Below, piece by piece: positions 46,301 through 58,120 of a stretch of DNA of 64,000 bases. The position numbers and the translations under genes were made by a program. Positions within the stretch are counted from its first letter, which is position 1; each line of letters starts with the position of its first letter. Origin of the DNA: Aplysia californica. Its lineage: Eukaryota. A model generated the notes under the pieces. It had not been told where the DNA came from. It ran no database searches and saw only the letters and a program-made list of their open reading frames with translations. The stretch is from assembly GCF_000002075.1 (NCBI RefSeq), contig NW_004797465.1, forward strand, positions 1,013,674 through 1,077,673, read 5' to 3'.

Positions 46301-49300
46301 GGGACTGTCTTTGTGGCCTTGAACTGCTCCTTCGATTATCATCTTTTTCCCTCTGCTCCTTCCTTACAAGACGCTGTGAAATCCTCCTTGAAGAGCTTTC
46401 AGATTCACTGTCACTCTTTGAGTCATCACCCATTTCATAATCTTCATCCTCTTCTTTCGTAGATTTTTTGGCATTCTTCAACCCTGTTTTGTTAAACAAT
46501 TTTCTGTTTTTGTCTGGTTTTCCCAACTTTTTATTTCCACCGGGCTTGTTCCTAGGAGCGTGTCCTTGTTTATTTTCAACACCACCTGGTTTAGAAAGTT
46601 TACCTCCCTTCAGGTTTGACTTGAACGGTTTCTGGTTTTTGCGATAGGGTGTGTCCTCCTGTTCAAAAGGCTTCTTTGGTTTTCTCTTCCTTATTTCTCG
46701 CCGTGGAGTTTCCTCCTGACGAACAGGATGAATATTCGATTTGCCAACCTTCGGTGGGTCGGCATCAGAGGACAAGCTGCTGGTTTTCTTGGTGATGACT
46801 GTCGCTGGTTCCTCTTTTTCCCTACTCACAGCATCTCCTGCTGGGCCGTCCTCCGCCCGCAAAGAATCGAGTTTGCTTCCCTCTCTAGACAGTTCACTGT
46901 CAACATTTTCCTGTCTCAGTGTTGTGCTTTCCCCCTGACCTGAGACGGCCAGTATTTCACTGGCGATCTCTGACAGAACCTTCAGACCACCCTCATTCTT
47001 TCTCATTTCTTGGGTGGGAACGGAAGAACTAGTAGAGAAAGTCCTGCCGGCCTCCAGCCTCGCTGGAGAAAAGTCCCCTTGCTTGTCTTGAATAATCGGA
47101 ATGTGAGATTGAGCTGACGGAGCAATTGGTTCATTGTGAGACCTCTGCTGAGCCTGGGCACCATGTTGTCCCTGTTGAAGCACAGTACTGTGCTGTCTCT
47201 CCCCGCCAGAACAGCTCTCGAAGAGAGATTGAATGAGGCTGTTCTCCTTCTCCATCAGAGTAGGCTGACTGTGCAACTGTCCTACATGAACATTCTTTGG
47301 CACTGTCTGGGAAACAGTTTCGCTGTGAATTGACGTGGAATGTCTCTCTCCTCTTAGAGGAGCAGACTGTGCAACAGAGTTTACAAACTGTTTGTCTGAT
47401 GGTGTATTGTAGTTTTGAGATTGGACACCACTAGATTCAGTTCCCAGAGCTTGAAGTTGCTTTACCTGTGAGGGGTGTGTGCTTCCCCCTGCAGATTTGG
47501 TAGAGAATGAGCTAAATGTTCTTTGTGGCTTTTCTCTCTGACTAGGTAACTCTTGCCGAGTTTCTCGAACCTGCCACACAGAGTTGGCCGTCTGAATTGA
47601 CGGAACTGACACTGAGGGTTTTGGTCTAAAGTCCTCTGACAGGGGAGTCACGGGGTTGGAAAGACTTCTAACATGGGGACTAGGGTTGCGCTGTGGCTGC
47701 TCGGGAGGGCGATGGTGAATGACCTGTTTCGCACTGAACTGTTGTGAATGCATGGCAGGCGAGGAAGAGATGGAGGACAACTGTGTGTACTCAGGAGGAG
47801 GGGAGGATGGGGACTGCAGATATTTCACTGGGTCGTAACTTGCAGAGGAAGAAGGGGATCCAAACTGCGAGGGGAAAGATAGAGTAAAACCTGCACCATC
47901 CGAAGACAAAGAGTCTGGCCTACTATGCTGAACCGGGTCCCTGAACTGTTGCGCTGTGGCTTCAGCTCTTGATGTCATTTTCATTTCGTACTGACGCTCG
48001 CTGCTTGGCAGACGGCACACAGGACCACCGGTGTACTGTTGCGTGGCAGACTGCTGCTGCTGTTGGCTTTTGTACTCCGGGCTTCCAAACAACTGCCCAT
48101 AACTACTGGATCTTTTACCCACTAGATCCTGAGTTGGAAGACTAGCCCCAGATAAGGACCTATGCGGCTCAAAATTCTGCACCTGACTTTGCCCAACACC
48201 AGCTAATCTATCTTGTCTCGAATCCCGTGCACTGGAAAAACCAGTCGTAAAAGGGGAGGTGACAGGAGCACTTGGAGACGGACTCTCACTGGTGACTTTT
48301 GGTGGCAGGACGTGCTGAAAGGAACTTGCGGACTGTGATGAGTTGGCAGCGTACCTGGAGGCAGAGGGAGGTCTCATGAGTGGACTGGTGCTGGAAACTG
48401 AGAGCTGAGGGGTGGAGGCGGGGCGGGGTAGTGGTGTTACCAGCTGCCTGGTACTAGAAGCAGTAGACCGGGAACCGACAAACGTTTGGGTGGAGGGACT
48501 GGCAAAGTGGGGAGGAGTCATGGGCACCAACTGGGGACTAACAGCACATCGTGGGCTAGCAGACTGCCGAGGGCTGGCGGGCTGGCGGGGACTTCCTCCA
48601 CCTTGCCGAGGGCTGGCTGGGGAATTGAGCCGTCGCGAGATCTCTGGGTGCTGCTGGTGGAGAGGTGACTGAGAAAGTCGGCCCGCGGGAGTCGTGGACA
48701 CAGTCGTCACGCTGCCCGACTGGGGCAACACGAGCTGCTCGCTAGCCGGAGAGGGCATGGGAGAGAACTGTGCTCGACCACCCCAAGACGCAGATGTTTG
48801 GTCGGGGTCAGTGTCCTTTGGCTGCTGCAACAACTGCTCCGTTATTTTCGGCGTGCTTGCAGCAAAAGATGGGGTCATAGCCGGCGACACGTTTGAGAAG
48901 GTCTGTTGGTAGACACCAACCTGAGGGGACTTTTGGGCCGCCGTGTAAAGGTTGGAAGCATTTGATGATGTGAAGCCTGTACTCCCAACATGATGCTTGG
49001 TTTGAGGTCCTGCTGTAAACTGCTGACGAACATCCATTGCCTGGGTCTGCACCTCCAGATGCTTTGGTACGTTCATCTCAACCCTCGACACAACCACGCC
49101 TCTCTGCTCACGGCTCACCCCATGTGAACCTGTGTCTGTGAGTATCTTGTGCAGCTGCTGCTCCTGCATCGGTTCATCAGCTTGTTGATGACGAGGCAGC
49201 TGTTGGTGACTGCCTTGCTGCTGCTTGTCCAATATCTGCTGCTGTTGCTGCTGCGCGTGATGAACAAGCTGAAGCAACAGTTGGTGTTTTTGTTGCTTGG

Positions 49301-50657
49301 GGTCCTGTGGAGGCTGCTGGAGGTTCTGATGGGCTTCGATACTCTTGGCCAACTGCTGGAGCTGGACAGCCTGGAGTTCCGTTGCTGAGAACTGCTTTTG
49401 CTGCTGTGGCCTCGACTTTTCTTGACTAGATTTGGCAGTCGCCATCTGAGACACCCCCTGAAACTTTCCTACTTTCCCAGAAAAGGTGTTGCCTGCATAA
49501 TACCCTCCCTCGTTGCTGACAGGAGATTTAGAGAAACTTTGCATTTGGTCATCAACAGTGTTCATATCATCCACCGATACCTCCAGCCTTTTCAGGGAGG
49601 CAAGCTGTACCACTCCCACAGGGATGAAAGCCTCTTCGTCATCATCATCATCATCTTGCATTGCTGAGAGTTCACCCGGTGGAGTCCTCTGAGGCTGAAT
49701 AGGATTCTGACCCAACAGCGGCGTCGCAGATTCCCCCAAATTCACATTTCTTCCTTGAGAACCGCTGCCAAGAAACACACCCAGCTGGTTTGGAGATTGA
49801 TCCTTCACGGGGGTTCTGACTGCCGAGCTCCTCACAGAAGTCACAGCACTGGATTTTTCCGATGAACCCAGAAGAAAGTTTTTGAGTTGATGTGAAGTCT
49901 CTTCCTGACACTTGAACTGCGAACTGGGCTGTGTATTTGAACTGAACATATGCACAGATATACCAGTGTTACACTCGTCCGTTACCTTTGTATCCATCAA
50001 CTGCCTACCAAGAATAGATGGGGACTTGCGAAGATCAGATTCGACTCCGTGAATAACGTTAGATGCAACACGAATCAAGGTTGATGTAGACTGTGGCGAC
50101 TCTCTGTTGACAGACGGCGACTTCGCTCCCCTGCCCGTAGCTGGACTGTGGAGCTCAGCCTGCTCAGATCTCTGTTTGCCCTTGCCATATTCTCGCAGAC
50201 TGCCCTTCCCACTACTGATGAAGTTGTTGTTATTGCTCTCCGTTTTCTTCCCCACTGTTTCAACCAGACTAAAAGGCAGACTGGCCACTGTAGAGACACT
50301 TACTTGGGGTCCCACCACTTCCTTGTCATTTTGCTCTTTTCGATTTCTTCCTGCATTCACAACAGAAAACTGTGCAACCGACTCAGTAGCTGAAAATGAA
50401 CCAGCCGCTGAAGACCTTGAGATCACAGTCTCCCCTTGCCCGGCATCTAAATCCAAAAAATTCCGACTCTGTTGACCATCTGCCTTCTGAACAGTGCCAG
50501 AAAAACTACCAGGGCCATGATCAACCTGCGACACCAACTTGATCTGATTTCCCAGAGTGGAAATGTAATGCCTCTCAGAGCCGGGGCCTACAGGACCAAC
50601 GTTTTGAGCTTTCCCCGCAGAGAAATTTAGAGAGTTCTCTTGGGATTCCTTCTCCAT
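34826..50657 (-). CDS. Large C2H2 zinc-finger protein (~3330 aa, 5 fingers, otherwise S/Q/P/K-rich low complexity): complement(join(34826..37338,39172..39427,40794..41507,42982..43820,44987..50657))
   Basis: Five long minus-strand ORFs join by GT-AG introns with matching phases (1,0,0,1). Total 9993 nt = 3331 codons. GCCATGG start context. CxxC-x12-HxxxH-type fingers with a TGEKPY linker. The donor at 42982 is the least certain junction. Confidence 0.8.
34997..35241 (-). repeat. Coding 33-bp repeat (MxSPHHQVxQx) x7-8
   Basis: Visible both in the DNA and in the 862-aa ORF translation. Confidence 0.92.
37361..37757 (-). mobile_element. Family A copy split by a ~200-bp insertion; tail ends ~23 nt before the terminal-exon acceptor
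   Basis: 3' half at 37361-37450, 5' half at ~37650-37757. Confidence 0.7.
39172..39427 (-). CDS. Zinc-finger gene coding exon 4 (two C2H2 fingers: CLVC...HLRVH, CQDC...HRRTNH)
   Basis: Lies in ORF 39056..39427. ctttttcag| acceptor and A|gtaaga donor. Confidence 0.9.
39452..39503 (-). mobile_element. Family A tail fragment ending ~25-30 nt before the acceptor at 39427
   Basis: On -: ttgtgttgtaagtgccatgaaattcttactataactaaaactgaactaat. Confidence 0.6.
39537..40393. mobile_element. Tc1/mariner-type MITE (857 bp)
   Basis: 23-bp TIR CAGTATAATCCACTT..ATCGAC (21/23 match), flanked by TA on both sides. Confidence 0.85.
40421..40527 (-). mobile_element. Family A internally deleted copy
   Basis: Direct sequence match to the other copies. 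Confidence 0.65.
40794..41507 (-). CDS. Zinc-finger gene coding exon 3
   Basis: Lies in ORF 40764..41492 extended upstream. Polypyrimidine + ctaacag acceptor and AAG|gtaagg donor. Confidence 0.82.
41605..42150 (-). mobile_element. Family A partial copy (41605-41717) and family B full-length copy (41750-42150)
   Basis: Direct sequence match. The family B copy shows the GGCGCTC...GAGCGCC stem. Confidence 0.75.
42982..43820 (-). CDS. Zinc-finger gene coding exon 2 (S/T/P/Q-rich)
   Basis: Lies in ORF 42886..43899. ttttcag| acceptor in phase 1. Donor ATA|gtacgt was chosen because it gives the phase 0 required by the next exon. Confidence 0.72.
43913..44285 (-). mobile_element. Cluster of three family A copies/fragments
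   Basis: 43913-43985 tail, 43995-44171 near full length, 44173-44285 partial. Confidence 0.72.
44987..50657 (-). CDS. Zinc-finger gene first coding exon (5671 nt CDS; exon extends 5' to an acceptor at 50900)
   Basis: 1911-aa ORF with first ATG at 50657 in Kozak context. Donor ACAG|gtgagc at 44987/44986. Upstream acceptor ctcttttcag at 50901-50910. Confidence 0.88.
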
Positions 50658-51232
50658 GGCAAAAACATAGAACAATTCACATAAATTCACACAGCATATT
50701 CAATTCTTCAGTTTGCACAAAAAACTTCCTCTAAAGGATTTGCATCAATCCAACATTTTCAGGAAACCAATCATTAGATTGAAACTGTTAGTGCAGGGGT
50801 CCTCTTCAAGAAGACCTATCATTATGCAAAGCGGATTCTACTGAAAAGAACAAACTGGCTGAAATTCTAGAACTGCAGCAAGATTTCTCTCCTCGGTCAC
50901 CTGAAAAGAGACCAAAATTAACAGATGAGAAGCATGAACATAAAAATCAAATACGTACGTTTGACGCCCCTTGTGGGACCTTTGAATTTAGTGTTCATTT
51001 CCCAAATAAACAGGCCAAACGGGAAAATTTGTGTTAACTAAATGTGAAGTTTGGTGTGAGACATACAAGTCCCTTGTGAGCAGTACAGGCCATCACAGGC
51101 ATTAACAATGGGAAACAGAATCCACCTTTACCTGTTTCTCTGGCCTTAATCAGTAATGACGACAGAAAAGGGCTCAAAGAAACGAAACATTGCTAGCAAA
51201 GCAAGGAATATATGTGTTTAGTAATACTGCTA

Positions 51233-51236
<4 letters not shown>

Positions 51237-51294
<58 letters not shown>
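51237..51294. repeat. (GA)n microsatellite
   Basis: Read directly from the sequence. Confidence 0.95.
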
Positions 51295-51299
<5 letters not shown>

Positions 51300-51349
51300 T
51301 GTGGGATGGGGAGCAGACACACACAGAGATAAAGAGAATCTTTCAAATT

Positions 51350-51511
51350 CTTATTTTAGTAGTAAGAGTTTTACAGCATTTGCAAAACAATAAGGTCATA
51401 TAAATGCCAAAGATTTTAAAAGGTATTACAAGTCTGTGAGATTTAAAGGATGATAAATGTTTGATAGGAAAGATGGAGCAAACCACACCAGAGCACACAC
51501 CAACCACCCAC
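51350..51511 (-). mobile_element. Family A copy
   Basis: Direct sequence match to the other copies. Confidence 0.7.
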
Positions 51512-51544
51512 AGATAAAGAGAAAGACCATATTAAAACGCTTTT

Positions 51545-51670
51545 TGTTATTCACCCCAGGTGAGAAATAAAATACGATCGACCTCTCACCCCAGGTGAGA
51601 CTTGCCAGCGTTGGCTATTCTCACCAGTTGTGAAATAAGACCAGTTTTTTCTAATTTTTCAATACTCCCT
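51545..51670 (+). mobile_element. Diverged fragment of the E family
   Basis: acctctcaccccaggtgagacttgccagcgttggctattctcacc matches ~59990-60040. Confidence 0.65.
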
Positions 51671-52142
51671 TCTATGATGATTTTTCTATACTCGCAGTGA
51701 GCCACGGCATTTTAAGAACCATTCAAACGGAGAATCAACTTTGTCTTCCATCTCTTTATTCTAAGTTAGCTCTAGATTCTCCTGGATGGCGGGAACGAAA
51801 CCGTTTCACCTCCCCATCTAACTTATTTTCATCTGATGAAAAAATTGCCTTAAAAGTGGTTCGACGTGATTTATAAATCTCAGGAGCACACACTGCACCT
51901 CAAGCATATTATCATTCCGTTTATGATGATGAGCTGGTTGCAGCTGTGTAGTCGAGGAAAATAGATAGCACCTAACGAAGGTCCAATGAGTGCATAGGAG
52001 ACTGTGTCACTGGGGAAAGTGTCATAAACTTTCACCCCGTTGTCAAGTCTAAGAGAGCGTGAGCCCTTAGAAAAGAGAGAGCGAGTTAATAAGACATATA
52101 GATTTAGATCAATAGATCTACTTCTACGTTGTATTCTTTGTA

Positions 52143-52193
<51 letters not shown>
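52143..52193. repeat. (CT)n microsatellite
   Basis: Read directly from the sequence. Confidence 0.95.
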
Positions 52194-52730
52194 CTGCTAT
52201 TGTAGCTTTCCCCGGTTAATACTAACTGACACTATCTTTTGATTTCTACTAATGCATACTCCTAAAGACCCTGTCATCAATACTATCTCATCAATACGAT
52301 CAATAATATGTGATTGTCAATGTCTAGGCCTAGATCTAGATTTAGTAGATCGTGAGCCTATGCACCCGGTGCCCGGTACTGGTACACTAGATTTATCCTC
52401 TGATCTTATCACTCGTTACCGAAGTGAGACTATTTTTAAATCTAATGTTTTTCTTTTTAAATAATTTAAATCTAGATAAATTATTGAAATACGTTTATCA
52501 ATACTTAAGTTTGGTAGATAGATCTATATATTTAGATCGACCTAGATCTAGATTCTAGATTAGAATGGGCCCTAGAGTAGGACTAACTAGGACGCTCTCA
52601 TACTCTGCTCTATCCAACAAGCCCAGGGCCAAGCCATCGGGGCTCAGTCACACGCTCGCTGGGGGCGTGGCCTATTTTATGCGTGCTACGTTTTTTTAAC
52701 AAAGGGAAAGAGGCAGCTGCAGCATCTTAC

Positions 52731-52900
52731 CGTAGGGAGTAGTATCTTTGCTACAACTGCGCTATTCTCACCATAGAGGTGGCCACCCAAGAAACCCCTG
52801 CTGTTTATATTAAGACCTCAAAACAGTCAAATAAAGCAATTTTCAATTTCAAGACGGCTTTCCACATCGCAGCCCTACATTTCTCCCTAGAGGATGAAAG
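52731..52900 (-). other. Candidate non-coding first exon (5' UTR) of the zinc-finger gene; upstream limit unknown
   Basis: Strong donor ACG|gtaaga at 52731/52730 next to a GC box (gggggcgtgg, ~52660-52670) in a locally CpG-richer region. No transcript evidence. Confidence 0.35.
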
Positions 52901-53217
52901 ATCCTAAAAATCAACAAAAATCTGTTTCATTTAGCCAAAGTCCCAGTACTTTCTGACTTCACCGTGAGCTGCATGACAGTCTTTCTAGCATTTTATTTCA
53001 TTTTTCTGATTCAGTTGCTATTTGAGTTCAAAGCCTGTCAATAAGGCAAAGAATACAGACAGTCTTTCCATAAAAACATTAAGGCCTACACTTAAAAACC
53101 TAATGTTGTCTTGTTGTCCCAATAAGTCAATTTCAACCGACCAATTTTCAAAAAAGTAAAAAAAGCATCATCATAAAATAATATTTATATAGATTATATA
53201 TATATATAAAAATATAT

Positions 53218-56200
53218 ATTCATTGCTTGTGGAATATATTGCATTTTTTTAAATTGTTTATAATAGCCTAGGGTAGTACTACCTCTTTTAAAAAGCTGTG
53301 GAATAGATTAGCCTTATAGCCAGGAGCATAATAATAAATAATTTGGAATAAAAATAATTTATAAACACAAATATATATAATCTCTATATTATATTTGTGA
53401 AAGTTCATCACTTTGGCCGCCCAAAACTTCCGAACCATTTAACTTTCGAATTTGACAAAATTAATGTTGGTTCAGAATCATTTAAAGAATGCAGTTTTAT
53501 TGAAGAGCCTGAAGTCACTGAAGTTTAATTTTCAGTTAATCATTAGTTTCGTTTAGATCCAATTTGATGAAAGTGCGTCTTTTAAGACGCCATTGCAAAC
53601 AACATAGCTGCCACTCGAGAATCTAAAAAAAGGAGGACATTCACGCAAAGGCGTAGATCTATGTGCCCTTTCCGAAGGCTGGAGTAAAACCATGAGATCC
53701 AGAGGCAATATACTGGAACATCTATGTTTTTTTAAGGGAAAAGTGTCATATATTTGTTAACCATACTGAATTAAAATGTATTTTAAAAAACAAAAAACAA
53801 ACAAAAAATCCCCAAGACAGAAAGTTGACTAACAATAATTTGACCCAGTTTGGTGACTATAAATCCATTGTTTGTTTGCCAGCTAGTGTCTTATAAAAAG
53901 ATTTATTTCACTTTCGACTTGTGCAACGATGTAGAGCAGTACCGGTACTGGATTAAGGAGGCAACACCTTTGCCACTGAGTGACTGTACTACGAGATTTA
54001 CATTGCACCAAACGCAAAGTGCAGCACCCGGCTTGTTCAATTTTCTAATGAACTTTTGAAGTCGTACACCGTCTGCTTCTTTCTCAATCCAGCTCCATTT
54101 ATTTTTGCATTCTGCATCAAATTCTCTCGAATTTCTGCCGTTTTCAATGACAACTCAGCGCGCCATTGTCCCAATGTACAATCGACACTGTCGCTCCACA
54201 ATAAACAATGTGAAACTAACGCTAGACAGGCACAGAACGGAAGCTATGGGCGGACATGCGCAAGGAGTGTTTTCGTCTCACTCCCGGTTCGGTGTTTTCC
54301 ACGTGTAAAAAAGTATCGCAATTTGCAACCGAGAGCGGTCCAGCGGAGGAAGGAGGAAAGTAGCAGGAAAAGCTAGATGAAGCGGAGTTTACGCTATTTA
54401 GCGGAAAAGTGGCAGCTATGAAACAAGAGAGGTTTCCGTTCACTAGCCGAGCGCACTGTTCCACAATGACTTGACGATCGATTCATTTGATTTCATTCAT
54501 AGAAAGGGGGCCCAGCTAGTAAATAATAATTAGTGTCTCAAAAGTAGACTATAAATTATAAAAAGCAGGCATGACCCCAACTTCCAATAAAAATTATCTC
54601 AGACCTTTTTACTTTGATGAGAACACTTGCTCAAATTCATAAAAGTAAATATAAAGCAGCTGGCAATCATTTATTTAGTTTTAAGTTTTAGTAGAGGTCT
54701 TACAGCACTCGCAACTGCATAAAAGGTCATATGAGCGCCAAGGGGTGGATGTAAACAGAGAAGTCCTTACAGGGAATCAGACTTACTCTGCTCACCTCTC
54801 TAGCTTCAACAGCACAAAGTCTGCTTCGACTATCAAGGCACCTCGGAAATAGCGGGTCACAAGAGTGTGACAAACATACAAAAGAAGTAGAGGAGAATGA
54901 CAATAGTAAGGNNNNNNNNNNNNNNNNNNNNNNNNNNNNNNNNNNNNNNNNNNNNNNNNNNNNNNNNNNNNNNNNNNNNNNNNNNNNNNNNNNNNNNNNN
55001 NNNNNNNNNNNNNNNNNNNNNNNNNNNNNNNNNNNNNNNNNNATTCATTGCTTGTGGAATATATTGCATTTTTTTAAATTGTTTATAATAGCCTAGGGTA
55101 GTACTACCTCTTTTAAAAAGCTGTGGAATAGATTAGCCTTATAGCCAGGAGCATAATAATAAATAATTTGGAATAAAAATAATTTATAAACACAAATATA
55201 TATAATCTCTATATTATATTTGTGAAAGTTCATCACTTTGGCCGCCCAAAACTTCCGAACCATTTAACTTTCGAATTTGACAAAATTAATGTTGGTTCAG
55301 AATCATTTAAAGAATGCAGTTTTATTGAAGAGCCTGAAGTCACTGAAGTTTAATTTTCAGTTAATCATTAGTTTCGTTTAGATCCAATTTGATGAAAGTG
55401 CGTCTTTTAAGACGCCATTGCAAACAACATAGCTGCCACTCGAGAATCTAAAAAAAGGAGGACATTCACGCAAAGGCGTAGATCTATGTGCCCTTTCCGA
55501 AGGCTGGAGTAAAACCATGAGATCCAGAGGCAATATACTGGAACATCTATGTTTTTTTAAGGGAAAAGTGTCATATATTTGTTAACCATACTGAATTAAA
55601 ATGTATTTTAAAAAACAAAAAACAAACAAAAAATCCCCAAGACAGAAAGTTGACTAACAATAATTTGACCCAGTTTGGTGACTATAAATCCATTGTTTGT
55701 TTGCCAGCTAGTGTCTTATAAAAAGATTTATTTCACTTTCGACTTGTGCAACGATGTAGAGCAGTACCGGTACTGGATTAAGGAGGCAACACCTTTGCCA
55801 CTGAGTGACTGTACTACGAGATTTACATTGCACCAAACGCAAAGTGCAGCACCCGGCTTGTTCAATTTTCTAATGAACTTTTGAAGTCGTACACCGTCTG
55901 CTTCTTTCTCAATCCAGCTCCATTTATTTTTGCATTCTGCATCAAATTCTCTCGAATTTCTGCCGTTTTCAATGACAACTCAGCGCGCCATTGTCCCAAT
56001 GTACAATCGACACTGTCGCTCCACAATAAACAATGTGAAACTAACGCTAGACAGGCACAGAACGGAAGCTATGGGCGGACATGCGCAAGGAGTGTTTTCG
56101 TCTCACTCCCGGTTCGGTGTTTTCCACGTGTAAAAAAGTATCGCAATTTGCAACCGAGAGCGGTCCAGCGGAGGAAGGAGGAAAGTAGCAGGAAAAGCTA

Positions 56201-56736
56201 GATGAAGCGGAGTTTACGCTATTTAGCGGAAAAGTGGCAGCTATGAAACAAGAGAGGTTTCCGTTCACTAGCCGAGCGCACTGTTCCACAATGACTTGAC
56301 GATCGATTCATTTGATTTCATTCATAGAAAGGGGGCCCAGCTAGTAAATAATAATTAGTGTCTCAAAAGTAGACTATAAATTATAAAAAGCAGGCATGAC
56401 CCCAACTTCCAATAAAAATTATCTCAGACCTTTTTACTTTGATGAGAACACTTGCTCAAATTCATAAAAGTAAATATAAAGCAGCTGGCAATCATTTATT
56501 TAGTTTTAAGTTTTAGTAGAGGTCTTACAGCACTCGCAACTGCATAAAAGGTCATATGAGCGCCAAGGGGTGGATGTAAACAGAGAAGTCCTTACAGGGA
56601 ATCAGACTTACTCTGCTCACCTCTCTAGCTTCAACAGCACAAAGTCTGCTTCGACTATCAAGGCACCTCGGAAATAGCGGGTCACAAGAGTGTGACAAAC
56701 ATACAAAAGAAGTAGAGGAGAATGACAATAGTAAGG
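53218..56736 (+). repeat. 1694-bp apparently identical direct duplication (53218-54911 = 55043-56736) flanking an N gap; probable assembly overlap artefact
   Basis: Offset is 1825, the ORF translations are identical in both copies, and both copies end exactly at the gap. Confidence 0.85.
54672..54911 (-). mobile_element. Family B copy cut by an N gap (probably the same locus as 56497-56890)
   Basis: Identical to 56497-56736. Confidence 0.65.
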
Positions 56737-56890
56737 ATTAGGACAGAAAAAGCACTGTTGTAGTTCAGGCACAGTTATGAGCATGACATTGTCAGATCAG
56801 CCCATTTACAATTCTATTGTGCACTAGAACGAGAAATGTCCCCCCCTTAGGGAATGGTCTAAAGACACTTCAGTTAGTGGAACCGCCCCG
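56497..56890 (-). mobile_element. Family B full-length copy
   Basis: Direct sequence match. Shows the GTCAC-N6-GTGAC variant of the small hairpin. Confidence 0.78.
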
Positions 56891-58075
56891 GGGGATAAAC
56901 ATTTATTTATTAATAAAGCCATACAGACAATCTGAACTGAAAAGCATTAGTCTACACTTTAGCCTTGCAAATATTATCAAGTTGATGGCCTAACCTCCTC
57001 ATGTTATAGGAAGGCTTCCTACAATTTTATAGGGGGTGCCCACATATGCGATCGGGTCGGGTTGGGCTTGGGTTGGGTCGGGCCTATCGGGTAGTCGGGG
57101 CAAGCCAAATTGAGGACCCATCGTGGCACAAACCGATCGACTCTGTTTTTAGGCCTGCAAATCGCGCAATCTGGTGGTTTGAAGCCAATCACAACAAGGC
57201 CTGAGTCACGTGTCCATTTTGACCCATGAATACATTAAGTAGGCTGGGAATTCACGGTTTCGGTCTGACGCCTTTGCCCGTCTCCTTACTTCTCACAGTG
57301 GGTTTGGAGCACTCATAGGCTATACGCCTAGAGGAAGAAGAAGACGAATAAGAAGAAGGAGGAGCATTACAGAGGGAGGGTGGTGAGAGTGACAGGGAGT
57401 GAGAGAGATAAGTTGAGAGACCTAGCAATGTAGCAATGACCACGAAAACCCTTTTTTTGTCAGAAAGTGTTTGCAAATAGGTACATTTTGTAGCTGTATC
57501 TCAACAGAGAATGGAACTTTTTGAATTTTTGAAATCCATCAATAAACAAAAAAGTTACATATTTTTTAATCAATTAATTTTTTATAAGACTTTTATATAT
57601 AATGAAAAGAAAAAAAATATGGGACGTTCTTTGGTGAGTTTTGAGAAAAAATATTCGTCATAACTCACTCATTTCTCGGAGTATTTAAATGAAACTTGGC
57701 AGCCCAGTACATTTGCGTGTGCAGAATCTAGTCCTGCTTTCAGATTTCTCAAAGCTATCCTACTTTTTGAGTTATGAAGACGTTTATAGGTAAAAATGTG
57801 GCGGTTTTCTGTGTGTTTTGAGACAATATTTGTCATAGCTCGCCTATTTCTTGGAGTATGTAAATGAAACTTGGCATTCTAGTACAGTTTTTAATAAAGA
57901 ATCTTTGAGTTGTAAAGACATTTGCAGGTAAAAAAAGTGGCATTCTTTAAAGATTTACAAAGATTACCAGTCATATTATCTTCTCCCAAAGTCAGGATAT
58001 TTGAATGAAACTTGGCAACGTAAAAGATTCCTCCTTGCTAAGCAATGCACTGGATCAATTTGTCTCAAAAATTTA

Positions 58076-58120
58076 AGTAGAGAACTGGATTTATTAGTCT
58101 AATAAATCCAGTTCTCTACT
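58076..58120. repeat. Perfect 45-bp palindrome (22-bp arms, 1-nt spacer)
   Basis: agtagagaactggatttattag-t-ctaataaatccagttctctact. Confidence 0.95.

Noticed and set aside
44955-50690. 1911-aa ORF as a stand-alone single-exon gene with a non-ATG start
   Set aside because: A Kozak ATG at 50657 and a consensus donor at 44986 in phase with downstream exons indicate it is one exon of the zinc-finger gene.
54200-54470. ETS/NRF1-like motifs as a bidirectional promoter
   Set aside because: Short motifs only, inside the suspect duplicated segment, and no downstream + exon could be identified.
53218-56736. 1.7-kb tandem duplication upstream of the zinc-finger gene as a real promoter duplication
   Set aside because: The copies look identical and both end exactly at an N gap, the usual signature of unmerged overlapping contigs. 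Long reads would be needed to accept it.
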